From: a virus
UHGV virus genome: UHGV-0192279
Direction: 5' to 3' (one strand)
DNA length: 50,405 nt
Shown here: positions 34,935 through 43,775 of the stretch, piece after piece
How positions within the stretch are numbered: the stretch's first letter is position 1
Layout: every line of letters starts with the position of its first letter
Translations under genes and position numbers: made by a program
Notes under the pieces: model-generated
Told to the model about the DNA's origin: nothing
Databases searched by the model: none
Seen by the model: the letters and a program-made list of their open reading frames with translations, nothing else

Positions 34935-35338
34935 ATGAATATACCTTTAGCCTGCCTTACCCGCCATCGAATAACCGCTATTACCGACATTCACGGGGTT
35001 TTCACTATATCAGCGAAGTGGGGAAGGAATACCGGGAACAAGTAAAAGACATCATCGAATTATTAAATCTAGACATTAACCTGTCTTGCCGACTGGCAAT
35101 CGCCATTTATGCCGCGCCGCCTGATAACCGGACCAGGGATCTTGATAATATCCCTAAATGCCTATTTGACAGCCTTACTTATGCCGGATTTTGGAAAGAT
35201 GATGGACAAATTGACTCAATAAAAATTGTCCGCTGCCGGAAGGTAAAAGGCGGACGCTTGTTTATTAAGATCCGCGAACGCGGCGACCTACTACCGGATA
35301 TTGACGAATACGCGACTAATATGTGGGGTGAGCAATGA
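34931..35338 (+). CDS. rusA: RusA-family Holliday junction resolvase (135 aa)
   Basis: Typical RusA pattern (LPYPPSNNRYY, DLDNIPKCLFDSLTYAGFWKDDGQI). Confidence 0.85.
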   Translation: MNEYTFSLPYPPSNNRYYRHSRGFHYISEVGKEYREQVKDIIELLNLDINLSCRLAIAIYAAPPDNRTRDLDNIPKCLFDSLTYAGFWKDDGQIDSIKIVRCRKVKGGRLFIKIRERGDLLPDIDEYATNMWGEQ

Positions 35339-35517
35339 AAAACGAAGTTAAAGATCTGCAAATAGATATTCAGCGCGATGAGCATGATTTAGCTACAGTC
35401 CGACAAATCCAGGCTTTTCATATGCGCGAATTGCTTGCATTGAAAGAGCTTGAGAAAAAGTTAGTCCAGTCTATTTCTGATCGTAAACAACTTATTGCTC
35501 GTTACGGGGGGAAATAA
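35335..35517 (+). CDS. small coiled-coil protein (60 aa)
   Basis: ORF with ATGA overlap. Confidence 0.4.
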   Translation: MKNEVKDLQIDIQRDEHDLATVRQIQAFHMRELLALKELEKKLVQSISDRKQLIARYGGK

Positions 35518-36239
35518 TGAATTTAGAATCCATTCTGAAATTCCACTTTCCCAAATCACCGCGATTATCAGACGAAAGCCGGGGCACATCCCCGGATGCG
35601 CTTAATACGACTGATGCGCTAACCGCTGCGGGTATGGCGCAATCGCGCGTAGAGCTTGGCTATAGTGCTTTTTTAGGGAAGATGGAGCTATCGCAAGCCG
35701 AAAAACACAGGGCTGTAGTATTGCTTACAGAGCGTTTAAGAGCTATGGCGAAAGATTACGAATATGTGATGGAATTAAATGAAGAACAACGCAATGATCT
35801 TATTATTCTTGTTGCCGTTTTCGCGTTTCGGGATTATTGCCAAAGCGCCGCGACGGAAAAAACTTGTATGGAGTGCGGCGGATATAAATTTACGTTTGAC
35901 GACTACGGAGAAAAACATCTTTGCAAAAAATGCAAGGGGCATGGAAAGGTTCGCAATCATTGTAAACAATGCAAGGGGAGTGGCGAGATACCGGATAAAA
36001 CAGCCAGCGAAGCGGCGGAAATGCCAGTATTCAAAACGTGCCAGCACTGCGGCGGGCGAGGCTACTCGCGTTTCCCTGTAGATCTTGTCCGGCAGGCTGT
36101 TAACCAGCTTGTTTTCCCGGTAAGCCGATCAACATGGTGGAAGAAATACAGGGTTTTCTATGAGGACGCCATAGCGGAGCTATTCAAAGAAGAAGCCCGC
36201 GCGGAAAGCGAAATCAAGCGAGTGACACGGGGTGAATAA
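35517..36239 (+). CDS. putative late antiterminator Q-like protein with 4 CxxCxGxG zinc-finger repeats (240 aa)
   Basis: Position directly after rusA as in lambdoid prophages; four DnaJ-type CxxCxGxG repeats; family assignment tentative. Confidence 0.4.
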   Translation: MNLESILKFHFPKSPRLSDESRGTSPDALNTTDALTAAGMAQSRVELGYSAFLGKMELSQAEKHRAVVLLTERLRAMAKDYEYVMELNEEQRNDLIILVAVFAFRDYCQSAATEKTCMECGGYKFTFDDYGEKHLCKKCKGHGKVRNHCKQCKGSGEIPDKTASEAAEMPVFKTCQHCGGRGYSRFPVDLVRQAVNQLVFPVSRSTWWKKYRVFYEDAIAELFKEEARAESEIKRVTRGE

Positions 36240-36439
36240 TGGATAAGCTGGAAATAAACGATCAGTTCGCTGTTATCTTATTTGAAGACAAAACAGGCGG
36301 CGCATGGTGTAAGAAAGTTACTGGTGCGGAAGCGCGTTTAATATTAGGTATGGCAAGCGCGTTAAATGAAGGCGAATTGCCTGCCATTCCTGTTAAGCCA
36401 GTGCATATCTATAAGCGGGGCGATGATGAAAATAATTAA
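36239..36439 (+). CDS. hypothetical protein (66 aa)
   Basis: ATG overlaps upstream stop. Confidence 0.4.
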   Translation: MDKLEINDQFAVILFEDKTGGAWCKKVTGAEARLILGMASALNEGELPAIPVKPVHIYKRGDDENN

Positions 36440-36773
36440 TATCGGGTGGTTATATTGCGAAAACTGCTACGAAGACGGCATGGTCGTTAAGACTGAAAAA
36501 GGTTGTGGCCTCTTTCTGTATCAAGGCGATAAGTTTGTTTGTCCGCGATGCGGTGGTAGTGGTGAGATAGAAATTATTGAAGATAACGCCGAAGCGCCAG
36601 AACCAGAGCGCATTGTCCTTGACGAAAAAATAAAAATTCATCCTGATTTATTACAGCAAATTATCGATCACGTATCGGCAGCAGCAATCTACAGCAATAA
36701 CAATTATCAGCGTGAAATTAACGTCAAACGTGCGATTGAGCAGTATTTCGAGGGTGATGATAATGAAGCCTAA
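36423..36773 (+). CDS. zinc-ribbon protein (116 aa)
   Basis: ATG 36423 (in-frame within track ORF 36366); CENC...CPRC motif. Confidence 0.4.
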   Translation: MMKIINIGWLYCENCYEDGMVVKTEKGCGLFLYQGDKFVCPRCGGSGEIEIIEDNAEAPEPERIVLDEKIKIHPDLLQQIIDHVSAAAIYSNNNYQREINVKRAIEQYFEGDDNEA

Positions 36774-37035
36774 ATTAAAAGAACATATTTACCGCCAGTT
36801 GGTTAACGCGCTTGCGGATACAGCACGATATTACGCCGGGACACAACAGCTACGCGGGCGGCTATCTTCGGTTGTTAACCGCTATATTGATGCCGGATGC
36901 CATCGCAAAGGTGAAATTATAATGGATGAAGCCATCAAGCGACGGACGGCTGAATGGTCAGTTAGTAACACCGGATTGACCGGATACATTGAAGGCTATA
37001 ACGACTTTTTACAGGAGCATAGCGATGGCAAGTAA
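36763..37035 (+). CDS. hypothetical protein (90 aa)
   Basis: ATG 36763 with GAGGGTGA SD. Confidence 0.4.
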   Translation: MKPKLKEHIYRQLVNALADTARYYAGTQQLRGRLSSVVNRYIDAGCHRKGEIIMDEAIKRRTAEWSVSNTGLTGYIEGYNDFLQEHSDGK

Positions 37036-37333
37036 AGATCTACATTTAAACCTGAAAGGAGAATACTTTTACGCCATCCGGGCGGGAAAGAAGGTGGAAG
37101 AATACAGGCTTTACAATGACTATTGGCGTAAACGCCTGGAAGGGCGGAAATATGAACGCCTGATCATTAAGCTGGGGTATCCAGCCAGCCACGAAGCGCA
37201 CCGGATTATAAACCTGCCTTATTTCGGGTACGAAGTAAAAACTATCACGCATCCATTATTCGGCCCTGATCCTGTTAAGGTATTCGCAATTAAGTGTGAT
37301 GTGAATTGGATGTTAAGGTGGGGTGAGCAATGA
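37025..37333 (+). CDS. ASCH/PUA-like domain protein (102 aa)
   Basis: ATG 37025 with AGGAG SD; LKGEYFYAIRAGKKVEEYR resembles ASCH-domain N-terminal motif. Confidence 0.4.
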   Translation: MASKDLHLNLKGEYFYAIRAGKKVEEYRLYNDYWRKRLEGRKYERLIIKLGYPASHEAHRIINLPYFGYEVKTITHPLFGPDPVKVFAIKCDVNWMLRWGEQ

Positions 37334-37545
37334 AAAAAGCTGGCCTATCAATTAGCCGTGTATTGTGCGGTGACGAAAACGAGATCCGCATAGAAATTAA
37401 ATTTAGCACAGGTAAAGAGATAATCCTTTACACGACACCTGAAAACCTGACGCTGGCGCTTACTGGTAAATCTGAAACGCCGTGCGACGTCCGGTTGCGC
37501 AATATTGAAATTAAGGAATTAAGGAAGGTGAAAGATGAAAAGTAG
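37330..37545 (+). CDS. hypothetical protein (71 aa)
   Basis: ORF with overlapping start. Confidence 0.35.
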   Translation: MKKAGLSISRVLCGDENEIRIEIKFSTGKEIILYTTPENLTLALTGKSETPCDVRLRNIEIKELRKVKDEK

Positions 37546-37735
37546 AATGAAACGCATGGTAAGAGCTTACGATAAGGCTTTAATGGTTTTTGATGATTTG
37601 CGACGCAATAAGCGTGAGCGTCGTAAATGGGCGCGTTTATTCGCGAAAGAATGGCACGAAGACGATGCGACAATCGACTGTCAAAAAGACGCTGACGAAT
37701 TAGCTGACGATAACGTTTATTATATGATGTGGTGA
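37535..37735 (+). CDS. hypothetical basic protein (66 aa)
   Basis: AAGGTGA SD. Confidence 0.35.
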   Translation: MKSRMKRMVRAYDKALMVFDDLRRNKRERRKWARLFAKEWHEDDATIDCQKDADELADDNVYYMMW

Positions 37736-37739
37736 CAAC

Positions 37740-38105
37740 ATGCAAATAATCATTGATTACCTTTGCCATGCAGCAAATACACTTTTCGGTTTTTATCAAC
37801 AACCTTTCCTTAAAGAGTGGGATTCGATGTTAAACGATATCCTCGACAAAGGATTAATAATGGAGGTTGACGAGCTTACAATCAAAATTAATTATGAAGG
37901 TGAAGAATATCAAATTTGGGTGGGTAATAGATGGTATTCATACGGTCATATTTATTCAATTGGTGGTAAGTTCATTAAAAGAAACCAGGAATTCAGACCG
38001 CGCTTCCGCACAATGCGCCGACTACATAACCTGCATATGAATCTATTTGAAGACCAGGAAGCACGGGAACTATTCAAGATCTACGGAGATAAATCATGGA
38101 GCTAA
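37740..38105 (+). CDS. hypothetical protein (121 aa)
   Basis: ORF in early/accessory block. Confidence 0.4.
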   Translation: MQIIIDYLCHAANTLFGFYQQPFLKEWDSMLNDILDKGLIMEVDELTIKINYEGEEYQIWVGNRWYSYGHIYSIGGKFIKRNQEFRPRFRTMRRLHNLHMNLFEDQEARELFKIYGDKSWS

Positions 38106-38326
38106 AAATTTGGCAGGCTATCGACGTAGTTGATAATGAGTTAAGTATGTTTGCCACTGACGGAAAGCGCGCGGTGATCGCCACATGGACGCGTAACCAT
38201 GATGATATCGCTTTTCGTCGCAAGGCTGCGGAGTGGCTTTTCTCTGATGGCGGCTACACGATGAACATCGCCCAGCTTGCCAGAATGAAGGATGAAAAGC
38301 TGGTAGACAGCTACACAACTGCATAG
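38096..38326 (+). CDS. hypothetical protein (76 aa)
   Basis: ORF with overlapping start. Confidence 0.35.
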   Translation: MELKIWQAIDVVDNELSMFATDGKRAVIATWTRNHDDIAFRRKAAEWLFSDGGYTMNIAQLARMKDEKLVDSYTTA

Positions 38327-38336
38327 CGGGGTAAAT

Positions 38337-38570
38337 ATGCGTATCTATGAACACAAGCGGGATAAAACCCGCTTTTTTGTTCGTGCTGGCGTGGCGTACC
38401 AGTATCACGAATGTGGATATATTGAGGCGCTTGCTTACGACCTGGATTTCGAACAAGAAAAAGAATGGTTTGACTTTAAGATTTACCGGAAGCGCAAGCC
38501 AACGCGCGACGAGCGCCACGCTATCCGTGATTTTCTAATCAGCATTGACCGCTGGGAGGCAGAAGAATGA
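38337..38570 (+). CDS. hypothetical protein (77 aa)
   Basis: GGGGT SD. Confidence 0.35.
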   Translation: MRIYEHKRDKTRFFVRAGVAYQYHECGYIEALAYDLDFEQEKEWFDFKIYRKRKPTRDERHAIRDFLISIDRWEAEE

Positions 38571-38860
38571 GAACGAAGAAAGTGGCAGATCAGAAAGCGT
38601 TAGTTATCGCTACAACGGACGTATCGTTATTCACGAAGGGCGAAGAAATAGATCTTAAATTGCTTTTCGGTATGTTTGAGCCACACGAAAAGCCGTGGTT
38701 TGTTCATGAAGACAAACAAGGCAATATGCGCGTAGTAGTGCCTGACAAAAACAGCGACATATTTTTTTCTATTCCAGATCCGTTGCATGACGGTGAAATG
38801 CTGGCGGTATTGTTGATTGCTGATGCTGTTACTTATAAGGGTAAAAAATATGAAAGTTAA
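38567..38860 (+). CDS. hypothetical protein (97 aa)
   Basis: ATGA overlap with upstream gene. Confidence 0.4.
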   Translation: MRTKKVADQKALVIATTDVSLFTKGEEIDLKLLFGMFEPHEKPWFVHEDKQGNMRVVVPDKNSDIFFSIPDPLHDGEMLAVLLIADAVTYKGKKYES

Positions 38861-39077
38861 ATTCTTGCACGATCACGGATACCCGTCATTAAAACGCGTG
38901 GTAGGGGAAACGGTAGACGTCGTTCATTCTGATGATGTGACCTGCGTCATTATGGGTAAAGACCTTATCGCTCACGGTGCTGATGATCACTACATTAACC
39001 CGGCGTGGTCATATACGTTTAGCCTGGGCGACTTCGTAGGCGATAAGGGGCGCGGCTTGCAAGTAGTCGAGGGTTAA
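38850..39077 (+). CDS. hypothetical protein (75 aa)
   Basis: ATG 38850 (track ORF 38817 extends upstream). Confidence 0.35.
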   Translation: MKVKFLHDHGYPSLKRVVGETVDVVHSDDVTCVIMGKDLIAHGADDHYINPAWSYTFSLGDFVGDKGRGLQVVEG

Positions 39078-39081
39078 TATC

Positions 39082-39297
39082 ATGGACGTTTACGAGGATT
39101 TATACCTCCAGACAAATAGCCGCACTTTTTATTTTCTGAAAAGTGGCGTCGTATATCGCAGCGACGACGGGGTGATAATGAAAGAGTGGTTATTTAAGCG
39201 TAAAGACCTACTTGATGATCTGGTTTTTGCCGGGATATTCCGTAAACATCCGGCTAACCTGGAAGAAGAAATGCTGATCGACGAGGTATTGAAATGA
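39082..39297 (+). CDS. hypothetical protein (71 aa)
   Basis: GAGGG SD. Confidence 0.4.
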   Translation: MDVYEDLYLQTNSRTFYFLKSGVVYRSDDGVIMKEWLFKRKDLLDDLVFAGIFRKHPANLEEEMLIDEVLK

Positions 39298-39545
39298 AAA
39301 TGAAAGTGAATTATTTCAGGGCGAAAGACAAGGTGACAGGAAAGCGTGTAGCTATCCTGGTTAATGAAGCAAATTATATGTTTGTCCTCCAGCCGTGGTG
39401 CATGGCTGATTATAACGATGATTATCGCCGTCACGCCGCGCGGCGGGCGGTCGGGATGAAAGGCTGGCAACCGCGCGACATGCTCAACTATTGCGACTGG
39501 AATCTGATAGCAAAATATACGGTCGATTATAAAGGGGTTTTCTAA
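39294..39545 (+). CDS. hypothetical protein (83 aa)
   Basis: ATGA overlap. Confidence 0.4.
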   Translation: MKMKVNYFRAKDKVTGKRVAILVNEANYMFVLQPWCMADYNDDYRRHAARRAVGMKGWQPRDMLNYCDWNLIAKYTVDYKGVF

Positions 39546-39757
39546 TGCAAGTTAAATGCTCATACTCAAGCAATGACGGCGTTTTCACGACTGGACGTAT
39601 TTATGACGTTCACATCGTTTATGGCAACGAAAATCACACAATGAATAACTGCCTTGCCTTGATTGACAATCAAGATGAGATCTGGATATTCAGGCCGAGC
39701 TACAGTGGCGGTGAAATATCCGGCGTGGGTTTTGCTGCCAGCTTTGAACGTTATTAA
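39545..39757 (+). CDS. hypothetical protein (70 aa)
   Basis: TAATG overlap. Confidence 0.35.
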   Translation: MQVKCSYSSNDGVFTTGRIYDVHIVYGNENHTMNNCLALIDNQDEIWIFRPSYSGGEISGVGFAASFERY

Positions 39758-39767
39758 AGGGGTAGAC

Positions 39768-40022
39768 ATGAAACATTTATATTTTGAGGTAGTGCAGACG
39801 CGTGACCGCGATATATTCGAAGACGGGAAAATTTACTGCGGCGTTCAACTCCACGGCGCACCGGGCGGTGATGGCGCAATGGCGATAACTGGTGATGATG
39901 ATAAGGTTTATTTTGCTTATGTCACACGCTTTCCACACACTGACAAGGTTTATTATCGCATCGTGCATGACTTCCACGGCGTAGCTGTATTTTGTGACCG
40001 CGAAGGCAGTAAACCGGAATAG
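39768..40022 (+). CDS. hypothetical protein (84 aa)
   Basis: ATG 39768 with AAGGGG SD (track ORF 39663 extends upstream). Confidence 0.4.
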   Translation: MKHLYFEVVQTRDRDIFEDGKIYCGVQLHGAPGGDGAMAITGDDDKVYFAYVTRFPHTDKVYYRIVHDFHGVAVFCDREGSKPE

Positions 40023-40031
40023 GTGATGGTT

Positions 40032-40178
40032 ATGAGTAGGAAACATAGATACCAGTGTACATACTCACGATGCAGCGCGTTTTTTAAGAATGGCAAGATC
40101 TACGAGTTTGGCGCGGCATTGGTTGACGCAAAGGACGCAGTTCATAAGGCGCGTAGCTTACCAGGTGTGGAGTATTAA
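40032..40178 (+). CDS. 48-aa ORF (MSRKHRYQCTYSRCSAFFKNGKIYEFG...)
   Basis: AGGTGA SD; below track cutoff. Confidence 0.3.
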   Translation: MSRKHRYQCTYSRCSAFFKNGKIYEFGAALVDAKDAVHKARSLPGVEY

Positions 40179-40180
40179 TT

Positions 40181-40435
40181 ATGGAGATAATCAAAATATG
40201 GCGCGGCAATAGTAAGGCTGATGGTGAGTTTTGTCGCGTCGTTCAATTCGTCAATTACGGTAGGTTTTACGAGCTACCTTATGACAAAAGGAAAGATGAT
40301 TTCTATTTAAGCGAATCAATCCCGGTGCACAGAAAAATGAAGGCGCTTAGAGGATTATTGCGAAGTGGTTTTTATTCTTGCCCTAACCCATTAAACAATC
40401 CTGAACTGGTAGCTGTTTTTTACGAAGGAGAATAA
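40181..40435 (+). CDS. hypothetical protein (84 aa)
   Basis: ORF in accessory block. Confidence 0.4.
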   Translation: MEIIKIWRGNSKADGEFCRVVQFVNYGRFYELPYDKRKDDFYLSESIPVHRKMKALRGLLRSGFYSCPNPLNNPELVAVFYEGE

Positions 40436-40438
40436 ACA

Positions 40439-40762
40439 ATGACTAAATTTATCAGCGTTAAAGTTTTCCGTGGCACTATTCCAGAAGGTGAGAAATACGG
40501 CGAATTCGGTGGGATGCCTGGCGCATGTTTCCGTGTAGCAACGGAAGACGAAGAACATGTTAAATGCTTCCACGTATCGGAGCCGCCTTTTAATCCAGAG
40601 CATCTTGAACACCCTGATAAAATTAAAATGTTCGTTTTCGCTTCACTGATGATTAATCCTTGCCCTGATGCTGATGTCGAATTGGTTGGCGCGGAAGTGG
40701 TCGCGGAATACAAAATAACCGAAACAGAAAGCGGAGATTCTAAAATTGAGCGCATCAAATAA
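40439..40762 (+). CDS. hypothetical protein (107 aa)
   Basis: GGAG SD. Confidence 0.4.
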   Translation: MTKFISVKVFRGTIPEGEKYGEFGGMPGACFRVATEDEEHVKCFHVSEPPFNPEHLEHPDKIKMFVFASLMINPCPDADVELVGAEVVAEYKITETESGDSKIERIK

Positions 40763-41000
40763 ACCTTACAAAATCCGGTGTAAAAATAAATATATCGGAT
40801 TTACACCTGGTTGTGAATACCTGGGCCATATTGGTTATGGCCCTTTCGGTAACTTAGGGATGATTACGATTGACGACGACGGCGACAGCAGGACGCTTGA
40901 TCTTGATACGGATGATGATTTCGAATACATCCCGCCAGTCACTTCCCGCGCCGTCGATGAATTCCTGGCAGAACAAGAAGACGATGAAGAGGACGATTAA
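40746..41000 (+). CDS. hypothetical acidic protein (up to 84 aa; start uncertain)
   Basis: Track start is TTG; first in-frame ATG is at 40857. Confidence 0.3.
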   Translation: MSASNKPYKIRCKNKYIGFTPGCEYLGHIGYGPFGNLGMITIDDDGDSRTLDLDTDDDFEYIPPVTSRAVDEFLAEQEDDEEDD

Positions 41001-41002
41001 CG

Positions 41003-41143
41003 ATGAATGACGAATACGTTAATAATTTTATTGTTATGTTTCTTAGTGAACATTGGCGCATGTTTGAACATTATTGTTTTGAGCGAGGGGAAAACGCTGA
41101 AGAAATTTATCAATATTTAGGCGGGGAGAAAGAAGATGATTGA
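41003..41143 (+). CDS. 46-aa ORF (MNDEYVNNFIVMFLSEHWRMFEHY...)
   Basis: Below track cutoff; fills gap between flanking genes. Confidence 0.25.
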   Translation: MNDEYVNNFIVMFLSEHWRMFEHYCFERGENAEEIYQYLGGEKEDD

Positions 41144-41336
41144 ATGTCTTATCCTTGCGGTGGTTCTCCTTTATATCGCTGGCGCTATCCTGATGTCTTG
41201 TTTCATCAAATCTAACGATCTCGATCGTGGTGGTCTTGAGATTACTTTCTGGCCTGTAGCAGTCTTTTACGCTTTTGTAGACGCTACGCGCATACAGATC
41301 ATGCGAGCTATTAAGGAGCGCAAAAATGGGAAATAG
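41136..41336 (+). CDS. small membrane protein (66 aa)
   Basis: Hydrophobic helices. Confidence 0.4.
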   Translation: MIECLILAVVLLYIAGAILMSCFIKSNDLDRGGLEITFWPVAVFYAFVDATRIQIMRAIKERKNGK

Positions 41337-41439
41337 CGACCATGAATATGACGGCGTTTATCAGTCGTTAGCATCACGCGCTTATTACCGCCTTGAAGGC
41401 GAAAGCGTTTTGATGCGCCTGGGTAGACTTGATCGGTGA
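41326..41439 (+). CDS. 37-aa ORF (MGNSDHEYDGVYQSLASRAYYRLEGESVLMRLGRLDR)
   Basis: AAGGAG SD 9 nt upstream; below track cutoff. Confidence 0.35.
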   Translation: MGNSDHEYDGVYQSLASRAYYRLEGESVLMRLGRLDR

Positions 41440-41519
41440 CATGAGCCATTTTTACCTATGACAGCGAAAGAAATTATTACGATGGTTAATCATGGGTACT
41501 GGCGCAAGGTTGGTGATTT

Positions 41520-41693
41520 ATGAATGAGATCGAAGACGGTGTATATGTGCATAACTTATTTGATATTGCTTACTTGCTGAAAGAGGAAAAGGTTTTTGTT
41601 ATGTCGAGTGAGCATCCTTTCTGGACTGGCGTAAACATGGATCGTGAACAGATGCAAATATTGCTTGATAATGGCCTGATAAAGAAGAAATAG
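41520..41693 (+). CDS. 57-aa ORF (MNEIEDGVYVHNLFDIAYLLKEEKVFVMSSEHPFWTG...)
   Basis: Below track cutoff; last ORF before late terminator. Confidence 0.3.
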   Translation: MNEIEDGVYVHNLFDIAYLLKEEKVFVMSSEHPFWTGVNMDREQMQILLDNGLIKKK

Positions 41694-41759
41694 AAGCCAT
41701 GATCGCGCATAAAAAACAAATAGATTAAAATACTTCCTAACAATGCGAAATTGTAATTA

Positions 41760-41786
41760 CCCGGCCCAGCGCCGGGTTTTTGCTTT
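41760..41786 (+). terminator. rho-independent terminator immediately upstream of lysis genes (tR'-like)
   Basis: CCCGGC-ccagc-GCCGGG followed by TTTTTGCTTTG; 16 nt before holin SD. Confidence 0.65.
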
Positions 41787-41801
41787 GTTGGAGGTAAATC
41801 T

Positions 41802-42002
41802 ATGCTCGACAAAATACGGGAGACGTGCGCGTATGCAGTAGGGGCCGTAACGGCCTTTTTCGGTGCGATAACCATCAATGATGTTGCTGTCTTTGTGGGT
41901 ATCTTATCAACCGCAGGTACATTTGCCGTTAACTATTACTTCAAATCACAGGAGAACAAGCGAGCGCAAGAGGAACACGACGCGCGAATGGGGAATAAGT
42001 AA
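41802..42002 (+). CDS. holin, phage-21 S-like pinholin (66 aa)
   Basis: GGAGGT SD; two hydrophobic helices and charged C-terminus resembling S21 (…YFK..E..R). Confidence 0.7.
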   Translation: MLDKIRETCAYAVGAVTAFFGAITINDVAVFVGILSTAGTFAVNYYFKSQENKRAQEEHDARMGNK

Positions 42003-42494
42003 ATGATTAGCCAATCGCTGAAGAACAAGATTATTGCTGCGGCGGCTGGTGGGGCGATCTCTATTGCGGCTGTGATGGTTAAATCATTAGAAGGCGTGGA
42101 GTACGATCCGTATCGTGATGTTATCGGTGTATGGACTGTATGTTATGGTCATACCGGAAAAGACATCATGCTTGGTAAGACTTACACGCAATCAGAATGC
42201 GATGCTTTGTTAAATAAAGATCTCCACAAAACCGCAAAAGCGATCGACCCCTATATTAAAGTCGAAATATCAGATTTTACCCGCGCGGCGCTTTATTCAT
42301 TCGCCTATAACGTAGGCGCTACCAACTTTAAAACATCAACATTATTGAAGCTACTCAATGACGGCAAGAAATCGGAAGCGTGCGCACAGCTTAAACGCTG
42401 GATCTATGCTGGTGGTAAGCAGTGGCAAGGGTTAATTAACCGTCGTGATATTGAATATGCCGTTTGCGAATGGGGTGAAACATGGACAAGGTAA
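42003..42494 (+). CDS. SAR endolysin, lysozyme GH24 family (163 aa)
   Basis: N-terminal signal-anchor-release segment [17 protein letters not shown] followed by E-x8-D-x5-T catalytic motif ([23 protein letters not shown]) as in phage 21 R. Confidence 0.9.
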   Translation: MISQSLKNKIIAAAAGGAISIAAVMVKSLEGVEYDPYRDVIGVWTVCYGHTGKDIMLGKTYTQSECDALLNKDLHKTAKAIDPYIKVEISDFTRAALYSFAYNVGATNFKTSTLLKLLNDGKKSEACAQLKRWIYAGGKQWQGLINRRDIEYAVCEWGETWTR

Positions 42495-42952
42495 AGGCGT
42501 TAGTTATTGCCGTTGTTGTTTGCATTATTGCCGGACTAACTGCCGTTACATGTTATTACCAGGGTGAGGCGGCAAGGTTACAGGAAGAAGTCACGGTGAC
42601 GCAAGGCGCACTAAAAACAGCAAGTAACACTATTCAGCAGATGAAGGAGCGAAACGCAGAGCTATCAAAACTTGATAAGAGGTATCACGATGAAATTAAA
42701 GCTATCAGATCTGACATTGCCGATCTTCGCGCTGGCATTGATAGCGGCGCTATCAGGTTGCACGTCAACGCCGAGCCAGTGCGATTGCTCGACAATACCG
42801 GAACCGCCAGCCGCATTGATGGAGCCACCTGTAGACTCACTGCCGACGCTGAATCGGCTTATCTATCCCTCAGAGAACAACTAAAAGAGAAAGACGCGAA
42901 GATCACCGGATTGCAGGACTACATCAAAACGCAGTGCTTACGCAAAAAATAA
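42482..42952 (+). CDS. i-spanin (Rz-like), 156 aa
   Basis: N-terminal TM helix then coiled-coil periplasmic domain; overlaps endolysin end. Confidence 0.7.
   Translation: MDKVKALVIAVVVCIIAGLTAVTCYYQGEAARLQEEVTVTQGALKTASNTIQQMKERNAELSKLDKRYHDEIKAIRSDIADLRAGIDSGAIRLHVNAEPVRLLDNTGTASRIDGATCRLTADAESAYLSLREQLKEKDAKITGLQDYIKTQCLRKK
42690..42884 (+). CDS. o-spanin (Rz1-like lipoprotein) embedded in +1 frame of i-spanin (64 aa)
   Basis: ATG 42690 with AAGAGG SD; lipobox LSGC after signal peptide; Pro-rich mature part. Confidence 0.6.
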   Translation: MKLKLSDLTLPIFALALIAALSGCTSTPSQCDCSTIPEPPAALMEPPVDSLPTLNRLIYPSENN

Positions 42953-43230
42953 CAGCGCGTGGACGTGTCGCCGTTTTCGCCAGCCAGCCATAACCGGGTC
43001 AATCCTTCCCGCGAGCGACTGCGGAATAGTCAAAAACACGTAATACCGGATCATCCATCCCATTAACAGGTCGGCGCTACCTGGGTAGAAGAAAGCGCCA
43101 TCCACCAATTTTATAAAATTCTGGAAACGGTACTGATGAAGCGCCGTTTTCAGTGTTTTATAGCTGTTTTCACTCCCTGCGGTGTCGAGTTTTGCGGGGG
43201 TTATATTTTTCAGAATAGGAGATTATTCTG

Positions 43231-43773
43231 ATGGCTAAGGCTAAAGGCATTAAGTTGCCTCACTTCAAGATCCCGCTTTTTGAGCATACCACTGTTTTCT
43301 TTTGCCCGACCAGCGAGATGTTCTATGAATTTTGCGAAAAGGCAGGAATTCCGATTGAACCTGATTTCGAGTTGGCTGAAGGATTAACGCTTACTTGCAC
43401 TGGCGAGAATGGTGGTAACTTCTACGTGATCGCAGTATTCAACAATGAGTTGGGAACGCTGGTCCATGAATGCGCCCACACTACATTCCACGTTTTAAGT
43501 GATGTAGGCGTCGTGGCTACCACGGATCCTACCCATCCGGCGAATGAGACTTACGCTTACATGGTAGGCCGTATCTTCGATGCGTTTTCCCCTATCCTGG
43601 CAGAATCAAACGAAGCACAGGTTGCAGCAATGCAGGCGGCAGAAGTCGTCGATCAGGCGCTGGAACAGGCAGAACAGCCGAAGGAAGAAGAAAAGCCAGC
43701 GAAGAAAGGTAAACGTAAGCCGAAATCAAAAGAGGCATATGTGCCGCGCGTAATGAGCTTTAAACGAGGGTGA
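43231..43773 (+). CDS. HExxH-motif protein with Lys-rich C-terminal tail (180 aa)
   Basis: HECAH followed about 25 aa later by ETYAY (possible third zinc ligand); AGGAG SD; C-terminus KEEEKPAKKGKRKPKSKE. Confidence 0.5.
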   Translation: MAKAKGIKLPHFKIPLFEHTTVFFCPTSEMFYEFCEKAGIPIEPDFELAEGLTLTCTGENGGNFYVIAVFNNELGTLVHECAHTTFHVLSDVGVVATTDPTHPANETYAYMVGRIFDAFSPILAESNEAQVAAMQAAEVVDQALEQAEQPKEEEKPAKKGKRKPKSKEAYVPRVMSFKRG

Positions 43774-43775
43774 TT

